A stretch of DNA of 64,000 bases from Vitrella brassicaformis CCMP3155 (GCA_001179505.1 CDMY01000456.1:124001-188000), one strand, 5' to 3'. Positions 25,653-40,465 are shown, counted from the first letter of the stretch. Notes: generated by a model not told the origin, from the letters alone. Numbers and translations: made by a program.

Positions 25653-28600
25653 ATGATTGAGGTCTTTATCATCTCTGTCTGTGTGGCCTTCCTGCTGTCC
25701 GAGTCGGCGGCCTTTCACTTTCAGCCGCCAGCGGCCTCTTCGCCCTCCCGCCCTCTGCCCCTGAGGCGCCGCAGCAGGTTCGAGCACCTCGCCGCCACGC
25801 CAGAAGACACCCCTCAATGTAACAAAGATGCACACGCGCACATCACAGTGGCACGGCGGCGGGCCCTGCCTGAGATCAGATCTGTTGTGCTGGTTGTGTG
25901 TTCCCTGTGTGTGTGTGACGTGCAGCGTCTGGTTCGAGCGACAGTTGGGAGGAGTCTTGGCGCGAGACGCTTGAGCGTCGCAAGGCGCTGGAGGAGCATG
26001 AGAGGCAGCGCGAGGTGGAGCTGAGGCGAGTGCAGAACAGGCAGGTGGTGGAGGAGCCATACTTCGGCAAACACCGGAGCGAGGAGAAGCCGCCCGGGCT
26101 TGGCGTGCACAACTGGGATAGGGAATGGCAGACATTCCAGAAGAAAAAGAAAACGTACGTATGTGACAGACAGACAGGCCGATAGACAGACTGGGTGGAC
26201 TGCAAAGGGAGGCTTCCTTCCATGTGTGTGGCCTGTGTTGTGTTGTGTGTGTGTTTCCTTGCGGGTTCAGGAAGCTTGTGATTGACGTGCCATTCATCCC
26301 TGAGCGATGGAAACGACGAGTAAGTTGACTGACTGAGTGACAATCAAGCTCGCGCATCGCATCGTCCTCCCCCTGTCCGTCTATCTCCCTTTCTCGGCTG
26401 CTGTCTGTCTGTCGATTGACATACAATCATCTCATCAGTGGGAGAAGCAAAAGGAGAAGGAGGGCGACAGCGAGGCGCTGCACAACTTCATCATAGCGCT
26501 GCAAGACAAGAAGGAGAACAGCTTCCAGCAGTTCATGGGAGCCATCGGCAACCATGGCCTCGAGAACGTCGTCTACTGGCTCCTGGCACACCCCAGGTGC
26601 AGGACCGTCTTCCTCAAGAGGGCACTCAAAGGTCAGACACACAGACACACAGACAGACAGACAATAAGTGATCGAGTACCTGAGCACCTGTCTGTTCGTT
26701 CTGTGGCTCTCATTGGGATGGTGGGTGTGTCCGTGTGGCTGTGTGTGACATGCCATGCGCACAGATCTGGCCAACTTTTATGAGAAGGAGGGGTCGACAG
26801 TGCACCACGGCAGTGAGCCCGAATACATCATCAGGCTCAGGGTATGCGATGCGTGCAGTGCCCTACACAGACAAACGAGCCGGATCAGACGGACGGACGG
26901 ACGGACGGTCGTGGCTCTACTTCCTACTCTCTCCGTGTGGTGTGTCTGTGTCTGTGCGCGCAGTGGCAGATCGATGCTCACTTGTCTCGTGCTATGCGGG
27001 GCAGCCTGGCGCACTTCGATGAGATCCTCTCGCACCTCGCGAGGACCGACCTCTCGCAGAGGCAGGGCAAGCTGCTCCTCGGTACGCTACGCGAGAAGAA
27101 GCAGATCAAGTCTCGTGACACACCCGTGCTCCGCTCCCTCCTTTCACTCATTCAGACACTGCTGATGAGGCCGAGCGCATTCTTCAGGGTGAGTCAGTGA
27201 GTGGGCTGGGCAGGAAGGACACAGATGAGGATTGAGCAATCAATGCATTTGTGGACCGTAAGTGCATCCTGAGCCGTGTGTCGCCTGTTTGTCTGTCCTT
27301 GACGCAGATGTGCCCGATCACATCTTCAACTACACACAGCTTGTCGAACACGCAGAGAAGAAAAGTAAGTGACCCGACACACACACGCACACCCCTGCCG
27401 ATGGGTGGGTGTGTGTGTGCTGCCCTCCCCTGCAGAGGTGCAGCGAGACCGTGAGCTTCGCTTCCACCACGTCTCACGGCGGCGCCAACCAAGCCAGCAG
27501 CCCGACCCCTACCTGAGGACGAAGGTCGCCACGCCCACACACGTCGGCCAGGCCCCCGAGAAGCTCTCAGTGCCGCACGTCATGCCCTCACTGGTGTCCA
27601 AGAGGCCGCTTCCCCCACTCGAGCTTGACGCAATGGTGTATCTCGACCAACGTGGCGGTGAGAGGGGCCGGGGAGAAGGTGCTGCTGCCGCATCGGTCAT
27701 TCCTGACGGGCTTGATGGCGTGTCGCTCGCTGACCTGGGCAGAGGTGAGGGGAAATAAAATGGCAGGGGGGCTGGGGCTGGGGAGGGTCAGGGGCATCGC
27801 ATCTGTCATGCCTGTCAGGTGATGGTGACGCGACTGCGTCTGAGGCGCTCAAGAAGCTGGATCGCGTGCTGAGGGTGCTCTACACATACGAGAAAACCCT
27901 CTCCATGGGACTCAAAAAGGTGAAGGCCAAGGACAGCACAAGGGAAACAGGACACACACATCCTCATGGCTGCTGCTGTGTGTGCCCCATGCATTGATTG
28001 CAGCTGATGGAGCGGAGCGAGAATCTGTCCGAGGCCGACCTCCGTGGCGACCTGACGTTCTCCCACGCGCCGCTCGAGTCGGCCACCACCAACCAGCTGC
28101 TGTTCCGGTACATCTGGACGGCAGTCCAGTGCGCCATCCTGCTGGTCATCTCGCGGCTCTCCACACTGACCGCACTCAATCGCCTGGGCGACGACCCACT
28201 CGTCCGATACCCAACGCCTGCCGCACCCATCATCGGCCACGCGCGGCCACTAGCTCCCACTCTGGCGCGACGATTGGCGTCTACTTCTGCGGCTGGCGAG
28301 GGCGATGGCGAGCCCCCGTTGCTGCGTGTGCACCCTGCTGTGTGGGAGCTGGTGCTCATGCAGTCGGTGCAGTGGGTCAAGGAGCTCGTGGCGAGGGATC
28401 GCGGATCGTTCTGGCGGCACTCGGACGAGCCTCTTTTGAGGGATAGTGTGCGGTTCGTCGAGTCGCTGGCGACGGAGCTCTGCGATCCCGTCCTCCACAC
28501 CATATGGGCGCCGGAGGAGCAGAGACCGGAAGAGCCGATGGCCATCGACATGCCGGCCAATGAGGTCCTCCCCACCCTCACTCAGCAGCTCACACAACGA

Positions 28601-30205
28601 CCACAGCAATCGCGCCGAGCGCAGCGCGCTGACACTCAAGTGCCTGTGGGCCGTTCTACCAGCCGCGACGCCCCCCTCCCCTCTCCCCCCTCCGACCCCC
28701 CAATCGCCCCGCCCCCCTCCTCTGTCCATCCCGTCGACGTGCGTGTGGGTGCCGTTGAGGCGCTGATTCAGATGAACGGGCTGCATCAGCCGGTGTGGTC
28801 GAGGTGGCAGGGGGGCGGGGGAGGCGCGAGGACGGAGACCACCGTGGAAAGGATTGTCGCTGACGGGCTGACTGAGAGGGAGGTCCTCACACCGAAAGGT
28901 GGGGCACTCACGCGACGCACATGCACACACACACAACACCCACACAGACACTCGACCCATTGCATTGCATGGTCGTCTTGTGTCACGACGTGGTGTGTGC
29001 AGTGGTTGACGGTTGGCCGGCGTCGATTCCGTTTGAGCTTGAGCGGCTGGCGGGCGTGCAGCCAATCGACCCCTTCGACAAGTTCCTCAAGCTCGACCTC
29101 TCGGACGAAAATGACGTCGACCCCAAACCCCCACCGCCCACCCCCACCACCAACACCACCACCACCAACAGCAGCACCGACCCACTCGACCCAGCTGTGG
29201 CCATATACCACGAGCCACCTGTGGGCGTGCTGCGAAAAGTGATGGGACCTCTCGCCAGCTTTCCGCCAAGAGACCCACGTCGCCGGCTGTTCGAAGCCAT
29301 CCTGTCAGCCCTTCTGATGACCGATCACGAGAAGGAGCGGTTAGTGGACAAGACGGACGGCAAGGAGGGGACCGAGGAGTTCCCCAAGGAGCTCAAGGAG
29401 CTCGCTAATGCACTGACGGCGGTGCTGAATGTGACTGAGAAGGGCGTGCAGCGGGAGCTGGACGAGGCGATTGGCGAGCAGATCGACTGGGACAGTGGAA
29501 AGGACGACGGCGACCTTCTCGAGAAGGATCCGGACACGCACACGGACAAGGAGGACGGCAGGGCAAGGGAGCTGACACTGCCCACTGCAAGGGAACTGGC
29601 TGAGGTGAGCAAGGGACGGGAAGGAGGGAGGGACCACAGATCTGTGGCGGCACACATGATGGATGCCTGTGTGTGTATGTGTCTCAGCTGGAGCTCGCCA
29701 AGACCCTCTTTTGCACGCTTGACCCTGAGGTGGCCGCTGCATCCTTCAAGCTGGTCAACTGGTTCCCTGTCGGCGACGTGGCGCTCTCAGGCAGCGTCAG
29801 GAACCTTATCGACAAGAGGGCGCACGCCATTAAAGTGATACTCAACAGGCACCCTGTCCTCAGGTACCTATGGCCTCTCTCACTCTCTCTTACCCACACA
29901 CGTAGAACAGCAACGATACTGTCTGTCTGTGTGTCTGTCTGTCTTATTTCTGTCGATCTCACTCATTTTCAATCAACAGGTGGGCGCCGATGCTGCTGAG
30001 CATCCTGGGGACGTTTGTGGCTTTTCGTGTGATCGTGTGGGCGAGCATGGCGGTTTTCTGGGCGGGGTCGGGCATCTGGCAGATGGGGGCGGGCGTCGGA
30101 TCCAGCATTATGGCGGCCGGTATGGGCATCCTGCAGGCAGGCATGAACGTTCTCCAGCTGGTGCTGCCTTATCTCCCACAGTTGCCGCAACTGCTGGTGC
30201 CATGA
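25653..30205 (+). CDS. Large orphan protein (about 1,100 aa, about 11 exons) with signal plus transit-peptide-like leader and hydrophobic C-terminus
   Basis: MIEVFIISVCVAFLLSESAAFHFQPPAASSPSRPLPLRRRSRF leader; in-frame exon chain through to ...MLLSILGTFVAFRVIVWASMAVFW...LPQLLVP*. Confidence 0.7.
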
Positions 30206-30978
30206 TGGCTGGATGTGATGTGATGTGTGGATGGGATGGGATGGGATGGGATGGGTGGCGGTGTGGGTGGGTCGGCTTAAGTGGGGGATCCGATCCCTGC
30301 AGCAAGAGCATCCATTTGGGTGGGTATCTCGCTCGCCGTACAGACCGAAGCTACTGCTTGGTCGGTCAGTCAGTCCGTCAGTCAGTCAGTGTCTGTGTGC
30401 TTTTTCCTTGTACCGATCCAAGGCGATAGATAGACAGATGAGCCATCCATCCATTGGACCATCGATAGATCAGCTAACTGCCGAGTGTATGCAGCGAGGC
30501 AGCCAGCCAGCTAGCCGCCATCAGGCATTGTGACGTCTCAGAGAGAGAGAGAGAGAGAGGACGGCTGACGAGAGAGAGGAAGAGTGTATGGGTGTGGTGC
30601 AAGAGAGGAGGGCGAGAGGCGAGAGGACCGATATATACCGCTGGCATTTTTCCCTCCCTCCCTCCCTCCCTCCCTCAGGCCTTCCTTCTGCATGCCTGCT
30701 TGCCTCCTTGATGCATCCATCCATCCTACACGCAGAAGGCGTTTTGGACCGCATTTTGGAGCGATTTCCCTCCTCATCCGTCCCGTCCGCTCAGACGCGC
30801 ATACGGGAGGGAGGGAGGGAGTGCAGTGAGGGCTGTGTATACCGTACAGGAAGCCAGCGAGCGAGTGAGCGAGTCTGACCTGTGTTGTATTTTTCTCTCT
30901 CCTTCTCAGAGCCGTGCTTTTGGGTGCATACATCTAGTGTTCCTTTTGTCTCGCCCTCAACCACCCCCCCACCCCCCC

Positions 30979-31278
30979 NNNNNNNNNNNNNNNNNNNNNN
31001 NNNNNNNNNNNNNNNNNNNNNNNNNNNNNNNNNNNNNNNNNNNNNNNNNNNNNNNNNNNNNNNNNNNNNNNNNNNNNNNNNNNNNNNNNNNNNNNNNNNN
31101 NNNNNNNNNNNNNNNNNNNNNNNNNNNNNNNNNNNNNNNNNNNNNNNNNNNNNNNNNNNNNNNNNNNNNNNNNNNNNNNNNNNNNNNNNNNNNNNNNNNN
31201 NNNNNNNNNNNNNNNNNNNNNNNNNNNNNNNNNNNNNNNNNNNNNNNNNNNNNNNNNNNNNNNNNNNNNNNNNNNNNN
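30979..31278. other. Assembly gap (about 300 N) flanked by poly-C tracts
   Basis: Run of n characters. Confidence 0.98.
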
Positions 31279-33105
31279 CCCACCCCCCCACCCCCTTTCT
31301 TTCTCTCTCTCTCTCTCTGAATGACCGCCATGCGGCCTGAATTTTTGCGCGAGTTGGCGTTATGTTTGCCGCTGCTTGCTTTCTCTCTCTGGATGGATGG
31401 ATGGATGGGAGCGTACTGGTACGAGGGTGCACAGGGCCTACTGGCCTGCCTGCCTGTCTGCCCATCTGTCTGCCAATTGCAGTGGATTGATTCACACGCG
31501 GGCACTCACACACACAAACAAGCAAGGAAGGAAGGAAGGAAGAGCACACGAGTGGGAGAGACAGAGCGAATGAGCAAAGAGTCTTCTAGGTATCAAAGCT
31601 TCCGATCGTGTCTTGGCTGGCTGGGCGGACTATCTTCTTGCTGCTGGAGTGTCTCGTCTACCTACCTCTGGGCGGGGCGGCATACCTGACAGCTCCAAGG
31701 ACCAGATAGACAGACCGCCAGCCAGACACCCAGCCAGCTATCGAGAGAAGGACGGGCAAACATGAGTGAGAATGAGCGCACACACGTACATCATCCCAGA
31801 GAGCCTTCCGTGAGAGTGCGTGGATGCATGAGCGAGCGTGGAGCGTGGGAGTGTCTCCTCCCTCCTCCCTCCCCTTCCTTCTTGCTGAGCGAGCAACCGC
31901 TGTATTTTTCTCGGCCGACGATTCCCCACCAATCCGTCCGTTACTGCTCAGTTGGCCGTCTGCCTGCCTGCCTGCCTGCCGGATGCATGGAGTGGGAGTG
32001 AGCGGGAGAGAGAGAGAGAGAGAGAGAGAGAGGGCCCTGACCAGAATGGTGATGGGTGCTGGTTTTTGTGATGTGGGGTCGGGTGGTGAAGGGGAGGGGT
32101 GGCGGGGCATCCATCCATCCGTCCAGCCATCCGGTGAGAGCGGCGCGTGGCGTATTTGTGTGCACCACTGCTGGCGTGGTGTGGCGTTGTGTGATGTGGT
32201 GTGGTGTGGTGTGTTGAGTCATGCCATGCAGACGGCAGTCATCCATCGGTCTGTTGGTTGTGCATCATGTGTGAGCGAAACACATCCCCACACATCATAT
32301 CCCACCTCGCCGGTTTGCGAGCGACCCAGTGAGGAGTACCTCGCTCGGTGCATCCATCGGTGTCGGATGTTTTGGTTGGTCTTGCCAGTCAGTGTCTGTG
32401 GAATGGACATATGTCAGTGGGCGATCAGTCAGTCAGTCAGAATGGATCTCATTGCGTCCGTCCGTCATTGGAGTGATTGAATGTACTCTAACTCACGATC
32501 CGATCACATGCCCTGTCTGTCTGTCTGTCTGTCTTATCACACCACAGAAAGCTATCCACACAGCAGAGCTGACTGGCGGGCTGGCTTGACACACGGCACT
32601 GACACAACTCTCGCCATTCGAGAGACAGTCATGACGCCTGTACGAGAGACAGATACATAAGAGGGAGATAAGGGCCACACGCACATAAGAGGGTCCTGCT
32701 CACACACAGAAACTCTCGTGTCCCTCACCTGTGGGCGTGTCGTCCCGTGCGGAGAGAGTCTCTCTTGGGGAGAGATAGATCGACCACGACAGGAACCCAT
32801 CCCATCTCCATCTTTCTCCGCATTCCTCCAACTCCTGGGTGTCTATCCTCCCTCCCTTTAGTCAGCGGAAGCCAAAGTGCTGGGATCCGCGCGATCGCTG
32901 TCCACCTGCGAGCTTAGCGTACTGCTTTGATCCCCTCTTTCCTTTTGTGATTTCCCGTCTTACTGCCCTGCCTGTGTAGCAGCCCTCAAACCTGGTGATT
33001 GCTGCTGCAGATCTCTGTGTGCGACACGACCTGACCCCGGTAAGCAATCGAGGAGCCAGCCTGGCGACGTGGCCTCGTGCATGGCACCTGCCGCCCTCCC
33101 TGCCC

Positions 33106-35481
33106 ATGGACACTGGAGGCTTCGGGCGACTGGCGGTAGGGCAGATCACGCCGACACGCACACCAGACTGACGGGCAGGCTGGGCAGGGAGGATGGTCGA
33201 TGTGGTGTGTGCTGTGTTTGTTGTGCGTGCAGCGGATAGCGAGCAGTGAGAGACAGGCGACGAAGCCCTTCATTGTGGCCTGGTGGCTCTCGCTATTCAG
33301 CCTCTTCGTACTCGCAGCGTCACACTGCTACCTTGGTCCGTGCCTTGCGGCGCACGTGCGCCTACACCCAGGCAGCCAGGCAGCCTCTGAATGTCTCGTC
33401 TGTGCTGTGCTTGCAGGGGTGTACTTGAGGATAACCCTTGCTGAGGTCGGGGGAAGGGAAAGACACAAACCAAACACAGACAGACAGACAGACAGACCGA
33501 CAGACGGACGGACGGACAGCGGTGGCTTGTGTGTGATTGTGTGTTTGAACAGACTGTGTTTGGACTGTTGACGCTGGCATGGGGACTGATATCAGCCAAA
33601 GTGCGATCACACATCGGCATGAATCGCTTCATAGCCATGTCAGTGAGCGAATCGAACCACCCAAACAGACAGACAGACAGACAGACCGACAGGCTCTCGC
33701 CTCACCCGTGTGTGTGTTTGGTGTGTATGGTATGGTGCAGGGTGTTTGTGAATATGGTGTGTGTGGGTATATGGGCGATGTCGATCCACTATGCCTTCGG
33801 CCACCACACGCTGGTGCGGTTCAAGTTTCAACGGGGACACCCTGCTATGGTGCCCACCGGACCCACACACGCACCACTGTGGTACGCAGTGGGCACACTC
33901 TTTCGCACACACCCCACACAGAACTACTTTAGGAGACTGACTGACGGACATCACACAACACGCCGATTGTGTGTCATTCATTCTGTGTTAGGTATTCGGT
34001 GTTGTCATTGAGCGTGGCGTCATCGGTGTCTTTGGTCATGAACCACATACTCATGCTGCCCTTCGCGTTCGTGCTCATGTAAGTGAGCCACTCACTGCAT
34101 TGATTGCAATGCACGCCCAGAGAGACTCGACGAAGTCACATGCATGGATGGGATGGCCTTACCTGACCTGCTCAGGAGGCGTTTTCGGGAGAGTCCCTAT
34201 TGTCCCACTTACATACTGGAGGCCGCTAGACGAGACCTCGCTACTGCTCTAGAGGTGGGTGCGGCAGACACACACACACACACACAGACAAGAGCCCATC
34301 AATGAATGCATTTAACGCTCCCCGTCTCCCTCCCCTGTGTGTGTGGATGCAGCAAGAGCAGCAGGCGTGGAACGCGATGGACGAGGCCGTCATCGACGAG
34401 GAGAAGTCTCACCAGCTCTCACTCGCCGTCACTCACACCTGTGGCAGCACCGCCACCAGCACCAACAGCATCGGCATCGGCGAGGCACAGGCCTGCACCC
34501 TCTCCCTCATCTCCACACCCAGCACCAGCTTCTTCGCAGCCGACTCACCGCGCCGGGCCAGCACCGAGCTCACCCCCTCCTCCCTTGGCGGCGTCAGCTC
34601 AGTGGAACAGGACGAGTGCAGACGATTTGTGCAGCACTACGAGCGATCGGTTGACGAGGTCAGTGAGCTACCGATCCAATCCACACATATATATGGGCGC
34701 TCAACAAGAAGGGTGGCTGTGGCTGGCTATGTGTCGATATATCGGTCAGATCGTTGCGTCTGGTCGATTGCCGCGCACGATTGATGGTGTGGAGGCGACG
34801 ACGGAAGAGGCGTTCGAGACCGAGAGGGTCGTGGTGTCCTTCCCGCCGTGCGAGAGCGAGGAGGCACAGCTCCAGGACGACACCGACAGCAACGGCAATG
34901 ACATCCCCACCATCTCGGTCGCCCCGCCAACCGAATCTGACCTGGCTCTCCCGCGACTCCCGGCAGCCATTTCCCTCTCAATCCACTCCCTCCACTCCAC
35001 CTTTACCCCCCCACCGGCGCAGTGGCCGCGGTGTACGGTCCTCATGTCGCCTGTTGGGTCGGTCCTCAGCGACACGGACGACAGCAGCCCGGCGCCGCCA
35101 CACCACGGCGACTTTCCCACTGCTGTCGACAAGACAGCCATGGGTTCTGCCGGCTGTGTGGGTGTGGAGCACCATCAGCAGCAGATTGCGAGGGAGAGGG
35201 GGAACAGCAGCAGCAGCAGCGGGCGTCTTGGCGGACTGGCCAACACGTTGCGGCAGTGGGGCGTGATGGACGGCGATGAAGACGATGACGATCACGTGTA
35301 TGATGGCGATGTTCCCTGCCCCTCCCCGCCTTCCCATGCAGCAGCAGCAGCAGCAGTGGTGGATCACGTGTGTGGTTATGGCTGTGGTGGTGGGCCCACA
35401 CGCGGGCACGGGGCGGGGCTCGCACACTCGACCCAACAGGTGTTGAGTGTGGGGGCGGGGGCAGGGGCGGGGGGGAGGTAG
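33106..35481 (+). CDS. Orphan multi-pass membrane protein with long acidic/Ser-rich C-terminal tail; start uncertain
   Basis: Hydrophobic exons FIVAWWLSLFSLFVLAA, TVFGLLTLAWGLI, VFVNMVCVGIWAMSIHYAF, SLVMNHILMLPFAFVL, followed by long open exons at 34350-34660 and 34750-35481. Confidence 0.6.
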
Positions 35482-38400
35482 CAGAGATGGATGGATGGAT
35501 GGATGGATGGGATGGCGTACAACTGTCTGGCTGACTGACTGACTGACTGACTTTCGGGCATGTGCACATCATTCGTGTGGATGAGTGAGCGAGTGGGTGA
35601 ATGAATGATGCTCCCTCTCTGTGTCTGTGAATGTTGGGGAAACGCGTGTGTGTGTGTGTGTGTGATGTGGCATATCGGTGTATCGGTGTATCTGTGCATC
35701 CCTCCATGCATCCACCCAACCTCCATGTCCATGCAGTCAGTGAGTATCCACACACACACACACACACACCCGTCCATCCATCCATCCATCCATCCACCAC
35801 GAGCTCTGTACCCATCCCTCCAGTCTTCCATTCGCTGGGCTGGCAGACAGCTGCTAATTCACACACGCATGCCTTGCGACACACACACGTCGATGAGTGA
35901 TTGATCTTGATTGATGGATGGATTGGATGAGTGTCTGAAGGAGCGAAACACACACACACATATAGGATGGCCGGGTGGGTCGGATGGGTCGGTGGGTCTA
36001 TATCGCATTTATTCATCTGTTTGTGATGTGGTTGTGGTTGTGTTTGCTGTCGGTGTCTGTCGTGGCGTGTCGTGGCGTTTTTATCGGTCGACGACAGACA
36101 GACAGACAAACAACAGAGGCAAGCAACCGCCCTCGCCCCCATCTGTCTGTCCCTTCCTTCACCCGTCTGCATGTAGCTAACACACATGGATGCCTGCGCG
36201 AGTGGATGGTCATGGATAGGATGTCCCTTACCCTCCCCCTCTCCCTCCCCTCCCCTGGCTAGCTTGCTGGCGCGGTCGGTCTCTTTTGTCCCTGTTGGCT
36301 CGCTGGCTGCCTTGTCTGCATACTTTTTATGTCCGGGCAGCTGAGATGAGCTGGAATGAATCAATCAACGAGGGAGCTGAATGAATGAGAGGCAGACCGG
36401 CCCGCAGCTGTGCACAGACAGACACGCTATGCTGGCCAAAGAGGGAGTGGGAGATGACTGACTGACTGACTGCATGCCATGTATGTGACACGATGTGCGT
36501 GACGACTTTTATGCCGTATTTGGTCGTTGGATTGGACGGGTGGGGTGGGGTGTGTGGGCGATATAATGGGTGGGTGTCGTGTGGGGGATTGTGTTCTAAG
36601 CAGTGAGTGAGTGTGTCGATTGATCAATCCAATCGGCCTGCCCATGTGATGTTTTTGAATGAATGAAGGATTAAGATAAGAGCAGTGCTGGTTGGTTGGT
36701 TGGTGTTTCAGATTGTTAAGAGTTAGCTAGCGGCTAGACATACAGACAGACAGAAGGACAGGACAGGACAGACAGACGGCAGTGAGTGGGACAAGGAGGA
36801 GAGAGAAGAATGGAATTCGTTCTACCTGTTATCAGCTGACTGGCCCGCCCATACGTCAGGCCGGCCAGCCACCCTTTTTATCATCAAAGTCAGTCACCTG
36901 CCGTGCCTTACTCACCGGACAGGCAGATGACTGTGGTGTGATGTGTTGTGTTGTGTTGTTTTCTGTTGTGTTGTGTTGTGTTGTTTTCTGTTGTGTTGTG
37001 TTGTGTTGTGTTGTGCGTAGGCACCCGTCACGACGCGCGCCACGGTTTGCCTTTTGTGGTGTTGTGTTGTGTTGTTTGTCGACTTGTTCGTTGTGTGGCG
37101 TGTTGTCTTGTGTCGTGCGGCTATCTGTTTTTTGTCTTGCTGCTGTGGTGTTGTGGTGTTGTGGTGTTGCGCTGGGCTGGGCTGTGGGTGTGGTGAGCTG
37201 GCTGGCTGGCAGGCACGATTGAACGATTGATTACACACCACACCACACACGTCGACACATATGACATGATCACATCGATCATCGGTAGGTATTTGTGGCC
37301 ATACCTACCACCCGCGACACACACCACACACACACACACACACCGCACACGGACAGATAGACACATCCACCCACCCATCCATGCAGCCATTCATGAGCGG
37401 CACCCCGTGTGACGTAGGTCCACAGCTGACCTGACCTGCACACGGTGTGTGTCGGAAGTGTTTTTCTTCTCCCCTCTGCTGCCTGCCTGCTTGCCTACCT
37501 AGGTGCCTAGCTAGCTGCCTAGCTAGCTGCTGGCCTGTCTGTCTCTCTTTTTTCTACCACTCGTGCAGTGAGTGCATCAACCACACACACGTGCAGTGCA
37601 CAGAGCTGGATACCTACCTACCGGCATGGCGTACAGACACGATCGCATTGGTCCATCCATCCATGACATCCATACGACATCAGTACAGTAGATATCACGG
37701 GCGGCGGCCTTTTGGGCCGGCCTTTTTGGAATTTTGTATTCATCCGGTTGGTGTGGACGATGTATGATGGGGAGGGAGGGAGATTGGGAGAGGGGGGCGA
37801 TGGACACTTGAAAGACCTGCTGCTGCTGCTGTCTTGTTGTTTGGTCGGTTAGTGGACTGTTGGTGGTCTGTGGTGCTGTGCTGTGCTGTGCTGCTCCCAT
37901 ATCATCACTCACCTCTGGGCACACACACACACACACACTCACCCTCACCCTCACCCTCACCCTCACACACACACATACGCCGGCAACAACGTCGGTCCTG
38001 GCTGATCTCTTTCTGCAACAGCACCACCTGCTGTGCCCTTTTCCGAGCATTCTACATGTCGGTCCGTCTGTCCGTCTGGCTGGCTGGCTGGCTGTCAGTC
38101 TGTTTGTCTGGCTGGCTGCTGGTGGGTGCATTTGCAATCCAATCGGCTGTGGTGTGTGGATGGCCGAATGAATGCGCGCTCACATAGATGTCTGTTTTTC
38201 TTCTGCCTCATTCCTTCTTCCTCATCTGTCTCACATGCAGATGAGTCTGTGCAGACCGTCTTTCTGTCCACCCACCCAACCCACCCAACCCTCGCTGTTT
38301 GTGTTTTGTTGGGGGTGTGTGTGGGGTTTTTTCCGCAATCTCTCTCTCTCTCTCTCTCTCTCTCGGGGTGTTCATTCGCTGCGTCCACCGCTGGTATGTG

Positions 38401-40465
38401 TGTGTCCTTGCGTCCCATCCATCCGTTCATTCATGAGGGATGAAGGTTTTGGGTCGTGCAAAGGCCCGGTTGAGCGGCCGCTGACCGCTCGCTCACTCAC
38501 TTGCTCATTCACCCGTCCGTCAAGCCATTCGTTGATTCATTCCTTCCTTCCAAGCTCTATCTCTATCTCTCTGTGTGTGTCAATGTCTGCGGCGAATGTG
38601 TGTGTGTGTCGACATCAAACATCATCTGTATTGTAAGGGGTTTGTGGGGTGGCTCTGCATGTGTGTGTGTGTGTGTTGCTCGCCTCGCCTCCCTTTATGT
38701 GTCGGTCTGCCTGCCTGTCTGGTCGTCCGTCTGTCTGCGGCTGGCTATCTGGATCATCGACAGGTAGATCAGTCATCTGTGTGTCAGTGTCTCTGTGTCT
38801 CTGTCTCTCCCTCTCTCCCTCCCTCCCTCTCTCCCGTCATCTCATCTGTCTGTACGAGTTGACTCCATCCATTGTGCATCGACACACACTTGTATGTGTG
38901 GCTCTCTCTGTGTCCTCTTGTGTGAAGAACGTCCGCCACACCGCACCCCTCGGCTCCGCTCGGGCGGCCGACTGACTGATTGATTGATTGATTCATTCAT
39001 TCATTCATTCATTCTAATTAACCTTACTGCTGACTGACTGACTCGCTCCTTCTCCTTCTCCTTCTCCCTCTCCCTCCCTCTCCCTCTCCCTCTCCCTATT
39101 CTCCGTTCCCTACCTGCTGACTTGAGAGGAACAGACAGAGCAGGACGCTTTCTCACAGTGTCTGTGTAATCAATCAATCAATCAATCAATCGATCGTAAT
39201 TATCCTTACTAATTCTTCGCCCCCACCCAAGACGCTTGGCTACATGGCTCTTTTACGTACTCGACAGTGCGTGTCAATGATGGTGTGATGGTATGGTGAC
39301 ATACCTGTCCTGTGGTGTGGTGTGATTTGGTAAGAATCAGCTGTCTTGGTCGGTCCGTCCGTGTGTGTCTGTCTGTCTTCGGCTTATTTGGTCTCGCTAA
39401 TCGCTAAGGTAGGCATCGTGCACACCTCTTGATGCATACTTTCTTCTTGATGGGGGCTAATGGTGGGCGGGGAGGGGGTGTGGGGGTCGGTGCCGCTCAC
39501 ACGCGCTCGAGCCGTCAGCACACACACACACATACATATACATACATACATACATACGTTCATTCGTGTGTTGAATGCATAACGCTATCACTCAATCAAT
39601 CAATGTCCCTGTCGCACTGTGCTAGTCTGACCTCTCGTGGCTTCCTTCCTTACATACTTGCTTGTCTCCTCTCCCGCCCGCCCGCCCGCCTGCCTGCCTG
39701 CCTGCCTGCCCATATATTATCGATTCTGCCTCCCTTGGTCTCCATCTGGCTTGCCTGCGTTCCCGCCTGCCCACCTACCTGCTTTTTCCCTTGCTTGCAC
39801 ACTTACTACTGACTCACTGACTTACTGGTCTTTAAAGCGTCCTTGCTGATTCTGATGGTGTGGAAAGAGAGAGGAATGTCTGGTCGGTCAGTCAGCTGGC
39901 AAACGAGAAGGAAGAATGGACGTGTTGGGACCCCCGTGCGTGCGCATCGATGCACTCAGGCACATCGCCTTTGCGCCGCTGACGACACGAGATGGAAGGG
40001 TTAGAGCTTCCATGTCGTTACGTCTGCGGCGCGGGTGAGATGTGTCCTGATTGATCTGTGGTGCGCGCAGACGGACTGAGAGGGACAGAACAATCGACTC
40101 GGACGTTAGTCACTCACTGTGTTTCTGCTGTTCGGGTGCGGCTTGTATGTAGCGCTGTAGCTGCTTTGACTGACTGGGTATGGTGCCGTCTGTCGTCTGC
40201 ACCTACCTATGTGCCTATATACCATTATCTGTCCACTCGCTCGCTCCGCTCATCGATGTGGCTGCCATGCCGACGGGGTGGAGAAGGAAAGGGATTTGCC
40301 AGTACGTGGGGGACGTGTTATTTGCTTGATGTACTGACTGGATGGATGGATGGATGCCTGCAGACACTCTCGCTCGTCTCGAATGGTCTATATAACAGAG
40401 ATTCAACTCAGGTCTGTCTTTCTGTACACCCCACCTCCCTCCCTCCCTCCAAGCTAGCTAGCTAG

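Noticed and set aside
32552-32800. MGSC-starting exon with a GTGAG donor, divergent from the 33.1 kb gene
   Set aside because: The obvious splice gives a stop after two codons. No supportable protein.
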